From a virus (lineage: Duplodnaviria > Caudoviricetes), in IMG/VR virus record IMGVR_UViG_3300011337_000671, positions 1 to 28,215 of that record: a stretch of 28,215 nucleotides of DNA; one strand, given 5' to 3'. Under the pieces are notes generated by a model. It saw nothing but the letters and a program-made list of their open reading frames with translations. It did not search any database and had not been told where the DNA came from. Made by a program: the position numbers and the translations under genes. This document shows positions 14,955 through 23,125 of the stretch, one piece after another. Each line of letters opens with the position of its first letter. Position 1 is the first letter of the stretch.

Positions 14955-15173
14955 ATGTCTAATTTGCCGCAAAGGCCAGCCGCTAATTGCGAAGCCTGTA
15001 CTTATTGGCAGTACGTAGCGCCGTTGCCTGATAGCGACGCCCTTAGCTTCGGTACTTGCCGCAAAAACGCTCCAACGGCTACAGCGCATAGCGAACACAG
15101 CATGAGCTTCCCGCTTATTGCTGTGTGGCCTGTGACCAGCAGTAACGATTGGTGCGGTGACTGGGTTGGCTAG
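14955..15173 (+). CDS. Small Cys-cluster protein
   Basis: CEACTYW...GTCRKNAP...WP.....DWCG; four conserved-looking Cys. Confidence 0.75.
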   Translation: MSNLPQRPAANCEACTYWQYVAPLPDSDALSFGTCRKNAPTATAHSEHSMSFPLIAVWPVTSSNDWCGDWVG

Positions 15174-15251
15174 GCCGTTGCGCCGAGTTCAAGCTGTACT
15201 TAGCAGCATGTCCCCTTATTGCTGTAGGCTTAGGCTTACCTCATCATTCCT

Positions 15252-15587
15252 ATGAGCTTTCAAGTGATCGCGGCTTCTGACATTCCTCAGAGCAATAACC
15301 GCGTTACCAAGACCACACCGCTGCGCAATGCGCTTGCGTGTTTGCAGGTCGGCGAAGCAATCGAAGTTGCTTATGACGACTTTGATGCTGAGGCTGGTTA
15401 CCGGCCCACCACCATCACCCAGGTAGCAAGCACCATGACCGCACGGTCAGAAACTGTGCGTTTCTCGGTGAAGCGCAAGGCCGACCTTACCGGCTGCTAC
15501 TTGGTAGCTACTGCCAAGCCTGAGCCTGGTACGACCAAGCCGCGTGGCCGCAAGCCCAAGGCTGTTGCCGAAGCGGTAGCTGCGTAA
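15252..15587 (+). CDS. Hypothetical protein with basic C-tail (possible DNA-binding)
   Basis: 111 aa; KPRGRKPK AT-hook-like motif near the C-terminus. Confidence 0.75.
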   Translation: MSFQVIAASDIPQSNNRVTKTTPLRNALACLQVGEAIEVAYDDFDAEAGYRPTTITQVASTMTARSETVRFSVKRKADLTGCYLVATAKPEPGTTKPRGRKPKAVAEAVAA

Positions 15588-15657
15588 GCTGCGCAGCCAA
15601 GGCCCGCCGGAGCCTATCCGGCACTTACCCTCTAATCTCCTTACCCACTTACCTATT

Positions 15658-16098
15658 GTGGTTACATTTTACAGTGAAGCATTAACGCAACTTGTAGAGT
15701 TCGACAAAGTAGCCGGCTTAAGCAAGCAAGAGCTACGCTTCTTTCACGGAGAACTGCTGCAAATTGTTCACTCTTTGGAAGAGTCGATAAAAAGCGCCAA
15801 GCTAAGGGAGGCGCAGAGTGGTATGCCTATGGATAGCAATTGGCTGCATCGCATTAGTACGAAGCGGCGCATTGCATCGAAATTTGCTACTGAGGTGCTT
15901 AGCCAGTTACAGGGCGGTAGTGCGTCTGTGCAGCGCACTGAGTACGACAGGCTCTACAAAGCGGAGCTGGATGCCTTCCTAGCGTTTGAATTTGGCGATG
16001 AATTGCCTGCCATACAGCAGGAGCTGCTTGAAAAGGCGAAGAATGCGTACCAGGGGTGGATCACGGAAACGGAACAGATTATGTGGTTTGTGCCGTGA
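15658..16098 (+). CDS. Hypothetical helical protein
   Basis: 146-aa ORF; stop overlaps the next GTG. Confidence 0.75.
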   Translation: MVTFYSEALTQLVEFDKVAGLSKQELRFFHGELLQIVHSLEESIKSAKLREAQSGMPMDSNWLHRISTKRRIASKFATEVLSQLQGGSASVQRTEYDRLYKAELDAFLAFEFGDELPAIQQELLEKAKNAYQGWITETEQIMWFVP

Positions 16099-16535
16099 AG
16101 CAGCCGCCACTCTCCCCCGATCAGCAGGCCTTGCTAGATCAGGTGGACTTCCGCTTATTGCCGGAGACGCACGCCTATATGTCTGTGCGTACCCAAAACG
16201 CACTGCGCAGGGCCGGCTTGCTCACCGCTGAGCAGATCATGCTGGCCTCGACTGATCGGCTGTTGCTGGTCAAGAACTTTGGGCCGCTATCACTAGAAGA
16301 GGTGGCCACCTGGCGCGAGGCCCTTATGGCCGGCAACGACAGGCTGTTCCAAGACACCCTGGAGGCGGTGATGGAGGCGATGCGCTCCACCCAATCCATA
16401 GTCACCGAGACCCAGGCCAAGGCGGCTATGGCGGCGATCTGGAAGCGCATTGCTACGGCGCCCTTTACCTCGACGCACATAAGGCAGATGCTGATTCCCC
16501 AAGCTCCGCCGCCCCCTACCCTAATTACCGCGTAG
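16095..16535 (+). CDS. Protein containing an RNA polymerase alpha-subunit C-terminal domain-like module
   Basis: MSVRTQNALRRAGLLT...LLLVKNFGPLSLEEV aligns with the RpoA CTD (LSVRxxNxLKRAxI...KNFGxKSxEEV); GTGA-coupled start at 16095. Confidence 0.85.
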   Translation: MKQPPLSPDQQALLDQVDFRLLPETHAYMSVRTQNALRRAGLLTAEQIMLASTDRLLLVKNFGPLSLEEVATWREALMAGNDRLFQDTLEAVMEAMRSTQSIVTETQAKAAMAAIWKRIATAPFTSTHIRQMLIPQAPPPPTLITA

Positions 16536-16542
16536 TCAAGCC

Positions 16543-16806
16543 ATGGCTGATTTTTCTGTGCAGATTCCTTGGAGAGAGCCGGATGAGGCAACTCCAAAAC
16601 TTGGTGACGGTATTAGCCGGCCGCGGCCTGAAGAGGTTGTCGAGCGCGTTACCGTTGTGATTCGCCTCTCAGGGGCGCGGCCGATGCGCTGGACCGTAAA
16701 GGCCCCGACTCCTGCAGACGCGCTTCTCTACGCCCGTAACCGCTGGCCTCAGGCCGCCGTAAGTCTTTATGAGCCCCAAGTCCCAGCTACATCCAGCTCA
16801 ACTTGA
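16543..16806 (+). CDS. Hypothetical phage protein
   Basis: 87-aa ORF with ATG 7 nt after the upstream stop. Confidence 0.7.
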   Translation: MADFSVQIPWREPDEATPKLGDGISRPRPEEVVERVTVVIRLSGARPMRWTVKAPTPADALLYARNRWPQAAVSLYEPQVPATSSST

Positions 16807-16948
16807 GCAGCTGAAGAGCGACTTCCTTGACTACCTATATGCGCAGTCTGGACGGACCAGTGGCCTTTACACGGGTCTGTGGGCTGAGCACTGCCGCACT
16901 ACGGGCGAGCAGCAACGCCTTATTTGGACCCCAACACTTACCGCTTAA
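16769..16948 (+). CDS. Hypothetical protein, 59 aa
   Basis: Hand translation MSPKSQLHPAQLEQLKSDFLDYLYAQSGRTSGLYTGLW...; ends 4 nt before the kinase ATG. Confidence 0.65.
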   Translation: MSPKSQLHPAQLEQLKSDFLDYLYAQSGRTSGLYTGLWAEHCRTTGEQQRLIWTPTLTA

Positions 16949-16952
16949 ACCA

Positions 16953-17531
16953 ATGATTATCGGCATCTATTCGCCTGCTGCACAGAGCGGCAAGACTACT
17001 GTTGCGAGTTTTTTACAGGAGCGCGGTTACTGTCGCCTGCCTTTTGCGCAACCTATGCGGGATATGCTGAGCGTCATGCTGAGTGATCTTGGGTACAGCG
17101 AAGAGCTTATTGCGCACCACCTACACGTCGACAAGGAGGCGTTAGTGCCTGAATTAGGGGTGTCGGTGCGGCATTTGCTGCGGACTTTGGGGACGGAGTG
17201 GGGCAGGGACTGTGTCAGCCCGAGCGTCTGGTTGGATGTGTGGCTGGCCAAAGCGCGGCGCAAGTCTTTCGTAGTGGTGGACGATGTGCGCTTCACCAAC
17301 GAGGCCGAGCTGATCCGCCTCTTAGGTGGGCAGGTTTGGCGGATTACGCGGCCGGGCGTCGTGCGAAACACCGAACATGCTTCTGAAGGCGGACTTGACG
17401 AGTGGGAGCACTTCACCTGTGACATAGTTAATTCGGGCAGTATTTCCGATCTACTTAATGGCCTCCCTAAGGTTCCATTCGGGCCGCATGGTCTTGCTGC
17501 CCCAGAAGGAGGGTTGGCGGGTACGGCTTAA
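16953..17531 (+). CDS. Deoxynucleoside monophosphate kinase
   Basis: IIGIYSPAAQSGKTT P-loop, FAQPMR, R.LL.TLGTEWGR, VVDDVRFTNE, HASE; T4 gp1/T5 Dnk family. Start at ATG 16953. Confidence 0.9.
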   Translation: MIIGIYSPAAQSGKTTVASFLQERGYCRLPFAQPMRDMLSVMLSDLGYSEELIAHHLHVDKEALVPELGVSVRHLLRTLGTEWGRDCVSPSVWLDVWLAKARRKSFVVVDDVRFTNEAELIRLLGGQVWRITRPGVVRNTEHASEGGLDEWEHFTCDIVNSGSISDLLNGLPKVPFGPHGLAAPEGGLAGTA

Positions 17532-17763
17532 GACTGGCAAGGAGGTTGTGGAGCTGCCACTGTCGGCGCTAGAGCTGCGAGATGCAGTTGTTGAGGCCGA
17601 GCAGCTTTACGCTGACGCCCGCACCATCGCCTCAGGAACGCCTACGTGCCAGCAGTGTGTCCATTGGGAATTTGTTAGCGGGGAGTGTTCGCTGGAGTTT
17701 GTTGAGGGCCGGCGCAGTGGCGGTAAGTATGCGAGGGACTGCGCCGCGTTTTGGATAAGCTAG
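17458..17763 (+). CDS. Hypothetical protein with C-terminal Cys cluster
   Basis: CQQCVHW...CSLEFVE...ARDC, similar to the C-terminus of the NrdR-like protein. Confidence 0.75.
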   Translation: MASLRFHSGRMVLLPQKEGWRVRLKTGKEVVELPLSALELRDAVVEAEQLYADARTIASGTPTCQQCVHWEFVSGECSLEFVEGRRSGGKYARDCAAFWIS

Positions 17764-17766
17764 GCG

Positions 17767-17810
17767 GCGCTGTCACGCTGCTGCGCTGTCACGCTGCTGC
17801 GCTGTCACGC
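17767..17810. repeat. Tandem repeat, 2.75 x 16 bp (GCGCTGTCACGCTGCT)
   Basis: Units at 17767, 17783 and 17799 (partial), at the convergence of the two gene arms. Confidence 0.9.
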
Positions 17811-18105
17811 GACTTACCCAGGCGTAGACGGTCAGGGCACGGTTGAAGTCCCAGTAGGGCTGTTCTTGCCACCAAGCCCATACAGGTGACGAGCCCTTGC
17901 GGCCGTTGCAGCAGCGGCAGGCTGGTACGAGGTTCGGTTGTACCGTCATGCCACCGTGGAGCCGTGGTACGACGTGATCGAGCGTGTCGGCCGGCAGACC
18001 GCAATAAGCGCAGCAGTTGCGCCACGCCTCAAAAATGCCACGCCTAAACCGCTGCTTATTTAACCTTTTCGGGACAAGTAGAGACTCCTGAATCGCATGA
18101 TCCAT
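17773..18105 (-). CDS. HNH endonuclease
   Basis: CAYCG....TLDHVVPR..GG.T...NLVPACRCCNGRKG. Confidence 0.92.
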   Translation of the reverse strand: MDHAIQESLLVPKRLNKQRFRRGIFEAWRNCCAYCGLPADTLDHVVPRLHGGMTVQPNLVPACRCCNGRKGSSPVWAWWQEQPYWDFNRALTVYAWVSRVTAQQRDSAAA

Positions 18106-18271
18106 CGGACAGTAGCGGGAGGACTACGTTCTCTACGTCTATGTCTATTAGGGTCTCGCCGTTAAGCAGCTGCTCTTCAATGCGGGAGCAGACGTTGCCG
18201 GCCAGCTCTTCGGGGTCCACGTCTCGCTCCACTAGGGCGCGGAAGGTGACATCTACTAGGTGGAGCGGCAT
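18056..18271 (-). CDS. Hypothetical acidic protein
   Basis: 71-aa ORF between dcd and HNH. Confidence 0.65.
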   Translation of the reverse strand: MPLHLVDVTFRALVERDVDPEELAGNVCSRIEEQLLNGETLIDIDVENVVLPLLSDGSCDSGVSTCPEKVK

Positions 18272-18313
18272 GGCAACGGTGCGCCTAAGACCAGCGTAGC
18301 CAAGCTGCGGTGC

Positions 18314-18829
18314 CTAACCCTTGCTTGGGCACACTGATGCGTGCTGGTTGTAGCGACCCGTGTCCGCATAGGTGCGGGAGGGCGGCGCAGCCATAAGCTC
18401 GAAGACCATTTGACCTACGCGCATTCCGTTCCACAGGGGGACGGGGTGGAGGCGGCGAGCGTTTGTAAGCTCCAAGGTTATCGAGGAGCTGTGGAAGCCA
18501 GGGTCTGCGAAGCCGGCCAGCAGATGTTCGAGGCCTTCGCGGGCGCGGGAGGACTTCAGCATGAAACGGGCACAGATGTCGCTGGGGATGTTGAACAGCT
18601 CGACGGTGTGACCTAGTACGAACTCGCCGGGGCCAAGTAGGTAGGGGTATTCGGCCGTGGTTTTGCGAATGCTGTATGGGCGCATTTCCGGTGTGTCGTG
18701 TGTCTCGATTAGCAGGTCGGGGCCCAGGCGCACGTCGAGACTTGCAGGGTTAAGTAGGTCAGCGTCCCAGCCCTCCACCATGTTGTACTCTTCGCATAGG
18801 TGGCGTATCTCGGTATCGGGTAAGATCAT
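18314..18829 (-). CDS. dcd: dCTP deaminase
   Basis: NPASLDVRLG, PGEFVLG.T.E, KSSRAREG, AGFADPGF...ITLEL, GMRVGQMVF, GRY. Confidence 0.93.
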   Translation of the reverse strand: MILPDTEIRHLCEEYNMVEGWDADLLNPASLDVRLGPDLLIETHDTPEMRPYSIRKTTAEYPYLLGPGEFVLGHTVELFNIPSDICARFMLKSSRAREGLEHLLAGFADPGFHSSSITLELTNARRLHPVPLWNGMRVGQMVFELMAAPPSRTYADTGRYNQHASVCPSKG

Positions 18830-18883
18830 AAGTTGCGTGGGGGTAAGCGTAGTGTACCCCTAGGTGACACCGCTTAGCGCCGC

Positions 18884-19174
18884 CTAGTCGCAAAGCTTAG
18901 GCGTAACACTATCCAGCACTTGCTTAGTCATGTCGTAGTAGCGCTGGTCTATGGGAGGCAGCGACCCTGGGTCGGAGGCGAGGGCCAGCTCGACCTGCAA
19001 GTGACCTATGCGGGCCAGGGAAGTGAGGACCGCGTGCTCTAGGTTGTAGTTCTGGCGGACCAGGGAGACGGCAAGGTTGAGGAGGCTTTGCGGCTCCTTC
19101 AGCCCGTCCTCTTGGAGAGATCGCACCTTGAGTTCGCATTCCAATTGCCTAGCCAACGGAAGCTCAGGAACCAT
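18884..19174 (-). CDS. Hypothetical coiled-coil protein
   Basis: C-terminal 96 aa of the listed ORF, from ATG 19174 just after the endolysin stop. Confidence 0.65.
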   Translation of the reverse strand: MVPELPLARQLECELKVRSLQEDGLKEPQSLLNLAVSLVRQNYNLEHAVLTSLARIGHLQVELALASDPGSLPPIDQRYYDMTKQVLDSVTPKLCD

Positions 19175-19190
19175 CGAAATAGGTAGAGGC

Positions 19191-20273
19191 TCAGTAGTCC
19201 CACCGTACACGTGGGCGTCCTTGACGACAGCCCAGATGCACAAAACCCTTAGGTGCGCCGTAGCCGACGCTGTAGGGCCATTCACGATCCACCCATGACT
19301 GGACCGCGTTGATGTCTGCGCCGTCAACGTACCAGTCAACAGCCCCCACTCCCGGCGCGTCATAAAGATGCTCCGACGAACTGGCGCCACCCACGGCCCG
19401 GTTGATGGCTGCAGGCCGATAGCCCGAGGTGATTGTGATGCGTTTGCCACCGAAGGCCGTACGCACGCGCTCTAGAAATGCCGCCAGCTCGACGGCGGTG
19501 TCCACCTGATGCTGAGCGGTGAAGCGCCGGGCCGGCTCACCTAGGGCAAACTCGCCAAGGGTGAAGTGCTGCGACAGCTTGGTGCTAAACGGGTCGCTGG
19601 GCTTGACCTTGGCGGGGCGAGGTGGCGGCGGGGGTGGCTGCGTGCCAGTCCATAGGGCGCCTTCCGCGATGCGGCGCCGCTTGAGGCCGGCTTCGACGTT
19701 GGTGCCCGGATTGCGGTAGAGGAGCAGGGCAGCAGGCACTGCAGCCCAGTCCTTTTCGCGCAGCTCGCGGCTGATGGTTTCAAAGCCTGGCGCGCCATAG
19801 AAGCCGCTGCCAAGGTTGTAGGCGAAGCTGATCAGTGCGCACTTCTGATGATCGGCCATCTCGCCCCATGCGGGGATTGAGGCGCGCAGCTTTTCAGCAA
19901 TGCGGTCCACCTCCTGGCGGAGCAGCATGTCTGCCTCGATAACGTTGATCTTGTCGCCCTGCTTGACCTTGCGGCCGTCGCTGTAGCGGGTGGTGCCATA
20001 GCCGATGGTCGCCACGTCCCAGCCGTGCAGCGGGTCGGCGTAGGAATCGAGGTGTATGCCTTCAAACTCCTTGATTAGCTTCAGCGCTGCGGCTAGGTCG
20101 GCCTGCTTGCCGTCTTGGCTCCATGTTTGGAACCATGCCCGGTCGCGGCGCATGGCCACGGCGTAGCCGTTTACCGCTAAATCCTGTTCCAGCATTTCAA
20201 TCGCGGCCGATTGATGTGGCAGTTTTCGATAGAAACGGAACAGCTGCTCTAACGTGATCGGTGCGGCGGTCAT
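19191..20273 (-). CDS. Endolysin: GH24 lysozyme + peptidase M15 fusion
   Basis: IKEFEG....Y.DP....TIGYG and GLKRRR..E lysozyme motifs; poly-Pro linker; SGYR..N..VGG.SSSEH...AVD...FVHL M15 motifs. Confidence 0.93.
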   Translation of the reverse strand: MTAAPITLEQLFRFYRKLPHQSAAIEMLEQDLAVNGYAVAMRRDRAWFQTWSQDGKQADLAAALKLIKEFEGIHLDSYADPLHGWDVATIGYGTTRYSDGRKVKQGDKINVIEADMLLRQEVDRIAEKLRASIPAWGEMADHQKCALISFAYNLGSGFYGAPGFETISRELREKDWAAVPAALLLYRNPGTNVEAGLKRRRIAEGALWTGTQPPPPPPRPAKVKPSDPFSTKLSQHFTLGEFALGEPARRFTAQHQVDTAVELAAFLERVRTAFGGKRITITSGYRPAAINRAVGGASSSEHLYDAPGVGAVDWYVDGADINAVQSWVDREWPYSVGYGAPKGFVHLGCRQGRPRVRWDY

Positions 20274-20551
20274 CGCTTGATGTTGCGGAGGGCAGCCTTG
20301 ATGGGGTCGTAGAGGCCGAGCACGGCGCTCACCTGGGTGGCGGTAGCGGTGTGGCCGAGCTTTGCTTCGATGGCGTCAGTTACGACAGCCTGCACCGCTA
20401 GTGGCTGGGCGTGATCTACCAACATAGATGGCAGCTCAATGTCGAGCTTGGCGAAAATCGCGGGCAACTCTTTGCGAAGTGCGCGATCCATCGCCAACTT
20501 GAGCAAGGTGCGTCCCAGCTCTAATGCAACAGTGCGGAAGATCTTGGTCAT
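20270..20551 (-). CDS. Hypothetical protein in the lysis cassette
   Basis: ATGA overlaps on both sides (start ATG 20551). Confidence 0.75.
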   Translation of the reverse strand: MTKIFRTVALELGRTLLKLAMDRALRKELPAIFAKLDIELPSMLVDHAQPLAVQAVVTDAIEAKLGHTATATQVSAVLGLYDPIKAALRNIKR

Positions 20552-20742
20552 TGCGGTGACTTGGTGAGGATGCCGCCAATCCAACCAGCGGCTGTGCCTA
20601 CCGCAGCATAGACAGCTGAAGACTGCGGGTCACAATTATTTGGTGTGCGGAAACGGCAAGCCGCAAGGTCGATACCACCAATGGTGATGCCAACTCCCAG
20701 TAACGCTACTAGGCAGCGAAGTAGGTAACTGCGTTCGTTCAT
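20548..20742 (-). CDS. Putative holin-like membrane protein (2 hydrophobic segments)
   Basis: 64 aa, two hydrophobic stretches, upstream of the endolysin. Confidence 0.55.
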   Translation of the reverse strand: MNERSYLLRCLVALLGVGITIGGIDLAACRFRTPNNCDPQSSAVYAAVGTAAGWIGGILTKSPQ

Positions 20743-20978
20743 CTGCCCTCCAGCTTGCTGACGCGCTGCTCAACGCTATTCAGCCTGGTATAGGTTTCGC
20801 GGCGGTCGTCGCGGATGTCGCTGTGCATGGCTTCTAGCTGTGTTGCTATATGCTCCACCGCTGTGCTAAGGCGGATCACAGCGTCACGCGCTTCATCGTT
20901 GCGCCTACCGAAGCCCATAGCACCCATCGCAGCCACGCTGATGGATGCTCCAGCGATAGCCGCGACGACTTCGATCAT
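20739..20978 (-). CDS. Membrane-anchored coiled-coil protein (holin/XhlA-like)
   Basis: N-terminal hydrophobic helix plus heptad-rich C-terminus (LNSVEQRVSKLEG). Confidence 0.6.
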   Translation of the reverse strand: MIEVVAAIAGASISVAAMGAMGFGRRNDEARDAVIRLSTAVEHIATQLEAMHSDIRDDRRETYTRLNSVEQRVSKLEGR

Positions 20979-20987
20979 GGTGTAAGT

Positions 20988-21305
20988 CTACTGCCACGGC
21001 ATACCCTGAGCAGTAGTGGGTGTGCGCTGCTGGTCGATCTGCACCTGCAAGGCGGCTTCAATTTCATCCACCTTTTCGGTGCCGCCAAGCTTGTCTTGCA
21101 CCCAGCCGATGACTATTTCAGGTGTCAAGTCGGCGTACGGGATGATGTTGCCTTCAGGCTGCTCTAGGCCGATGGAGCCGTAGGCCGAGCTGGCGTAGGT
21201 GCCGTCGTTGGCAGCCACGGTGTAATGGACCGTGAAAACGATGCCGTCAGCGGTGTAACGTTCCATCTGGGCGACGGCCCAGGTGTATTCAGTGGTAGTA
21301 GGCAT
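20988..21305 (-). CDS. Tail-fibre-associated protein (possible assembly chaperone)
   Basis: YTW.V..MER...DGIV..VHY...IPYADLT.E.VIGWV...G.PW; type of gene commonly found after phage fibres. Confidence 0.7.
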   Translation of the reverse strand: MPTTTEYTWAVAQMERYTADGIVFTVHYTVAANDGTYASSAYGSIGLEQPEGNIIPYADLTPEIVIGWVQDKLGGTEKVDEIEAALQVQIDQQRTPTTAQGMPWQ

Positions 21306-21391
21306 TGGTCAGGTGGGGATAAGTGAATTGTAGCTGGGGCTAGCGTGTTTAGTAAGTGATCATTAAAGTGCCGTCCGACTTGCGGTAGACA

Positions 21392-22873
21392 TCACCATGT
21401 GCTGATTGCCGTGCGCTTCCATGTGTTTGTTGCCGTGCAGACGTAGATGTAGTTGGCGTCCCAGCAGATTTCGCCGGTAGCGCCGGTAGCAGATGCAGAT
21501 GCTGGTGTCCGGGCAGTGCGCACTCGCACGGTGTCAGCGTTTACGTCTAACAGTGCGGTCGGGCTAGTAGTGCCAATTCCTACGTTGCCGCCGCTCGTAA
21601 TCCGCATCCGTTCCGTCGGGCTACTCGCTCCGTCGGAAGTAGTGCTGAATATTAAACGACCAGGCATGTCGTCAGTGCCGGGGGTGCCGTCTACTTCGCA
21701 CCTGATTGCAGCGGCCGACTTAAACCCTGTGCCATCACTACCTTCAAATGACACATCCCCTAATGCATCATTATTGGAAACAATGGTTTGAACGCCAATG
21801 CCGCCCCTGCTTTTTTGGAGTTGTAGTTGTGGCTGAAAAACATCTGCTGAATAGCGACCAATAGAAGCAGCAGCTAATACTGATGTTCCCGCCACTTGTA
21901 TGCTTGGCGTAAATCCAGCGCCGCTGGTAGTGCTAGTAGATGTACCAACCAAGAGCCTGCCGGAGCTGTCGATGCGCATCCGCTCAGTAGGGCTAGACCC
22001 TCCGTCTGCCGTAGTGGAGAACACTAAACGTCCTGGCATGTCGTTAGCGCCGGGGGTGCCGTCTACAAATGCACTAATAGCGGCTCCAACTAATGCTGCT
22101 GATCCATCTGTGCCATTGAAACTTAAAGCTCCAATACCGTCCCCATTGCTGACAAGAGTGAAAGAGCCGGCTGCTGTGCCACGGGATTTAACCAGAGCAA
22201 GATATGGCCCAAAGCCGTCATTTCGATTTGAAGCAAAGCTTCCCATCGCCAGATTAGTTCCTTCAACTTGAAGCTCTGCAATAGCACCTCCACCACCTAA
22301 GAATGCGCTGCTAATTAAACGCGCACTAGACGTACCAACTAAGAGATTGCCGTTGCTGTCGATGGTCATCGCATCGACGTATCCAGTGGGAGCGCTTGTA
22401 CCAACTGTTGAATTGACCGAAAAAATCATGCCACCAGTTGAGTAAAACCTAGGGTTTCCACCAGCCCACATACCAATACTAACAGCGCCTGTATAAGCCT
22501 GAATCAAATTGTTACCACTGCCACTTCCAATCCTTGCCATTCCCCCCGCTACTGAAATATCAAGCAACGTCACAGGGCTACTCGTTCCAATCCCCACGCT
22601 GCCGGAGCTGTCGATGCGCATGGCCTCGACACCACCTTCAACAAATGCCAAGGTGTCTGCGCCGGGGCTGTAGATGCCAGTGTTTGGGTCGTTTTCAAAG
22701 GCGATACCGGGTGCAGCAGCGGTGCCATCAGGCATCCCGCGCATCAGTTCCTCGATGGTGATGCGTTTGTTCTTGGTGGCGGCCGCTGCTTCGCTGATGT
22801 CAACGATAGGCAAAAAGTCACCCGACGCTGGTGTAGTCAGTGCTGTCAGGTCTGAAATCTTACGGTCAGCCAT
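21392..22873 (-). CDS. Tail fibre protein with repeated modules
   Basis: Repeats of ERMRIDSSG.VGIGT and VDGTPG.DDMPGRL.FSTT; Gly/Ser/Thr-rich. Confidence 0.85.
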   Translation of the reverse strand: MADRKISDLTALTTPASGDFLPIVDISEAAAATKNKRITIEELMRGMPDGTAAAPGIAFENDPNTGIYSPGADTLAFVEGGVEAMRIDSSGSVGIGTSSPVTLLDISVAGGMARIGSGSGNNLIQAYTGAVSIGMWAGGNPRFYSTGGMIFSVNSTVGTSAPTGYVDAMTIDSNGNLLVGTSSARLISSAFLGGGGAIAELQVEGTNLAMGSFASNRNDGFGPYLALVKSRGTAAGSFTLVSNGDGIGALSFNGTDGSAALVGAAISAFVDGTPGANDMPGRLVFSTTADGGSSPTERMRIDSSGRLLVGTSTSTTSGAGFTPSIQVAGTSVLAAASIGRYSADVFQPQLQLQKSRGGIGVQTIVSNNDALGDVSFEGSDGTGFKSAAAIRCEVDGTPGTDDMPGRLIFSTTSDGASSPTERMRITSGGNVGIGTTSPTALLDVNADTVRVRTARTPASASATGATGEICWDANYIYVCTATNTWKRTAISTW

Positions 22874-22937
22874 GGATTGTGTTGAGGGTGTAAAACTTAG
22901 CAGCCATGCTTACGCCGTAGCTTGCGGCGGACTGCGA

Positions 22938-23123
22938 TCAATCTAGACCCAACAGCTCCCGCAACTCGGCTACGGTCAAGCCAGCGGCGGCTAGCTTTTC
23001 GGCGGGCGTAGGCGGCACTGGTGGTTCAGGCTGCGGGCGGTTTTGCAGCTCAGCAATCTCCGCATCGGTGAGGGCGATTGTGCGCTGCTCGCCGGTTTGA
23101 ACGTTGACTTCAATGCGGTTCAT
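22938..23123 (-). CDS. Small tail-fibre-associated protein
   Basis: 61 aa, follows the fibre gene; IEVNVQTGE..TIALTDAE and EKLAAAGLTVAELRELLG. Confidence 0.75.
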   Translation of the reverse strand: MNRIEVNVQTGEQRTIALTDAEIAELQNRPQPEPPVPPTPAEKLAAAGLTVAELRELLGLD

Positions 23124-23125
23124 GA

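Noticed and set aside
16827-16952. N-terminal extensions of listed ORFs (dNMP kinase from 16827, exonuclease from 9004, 18884 gene from 19450)
   Set aside because: They overlap better-supported upstream genes; the homology-like sequence starts at downstream ATGs.
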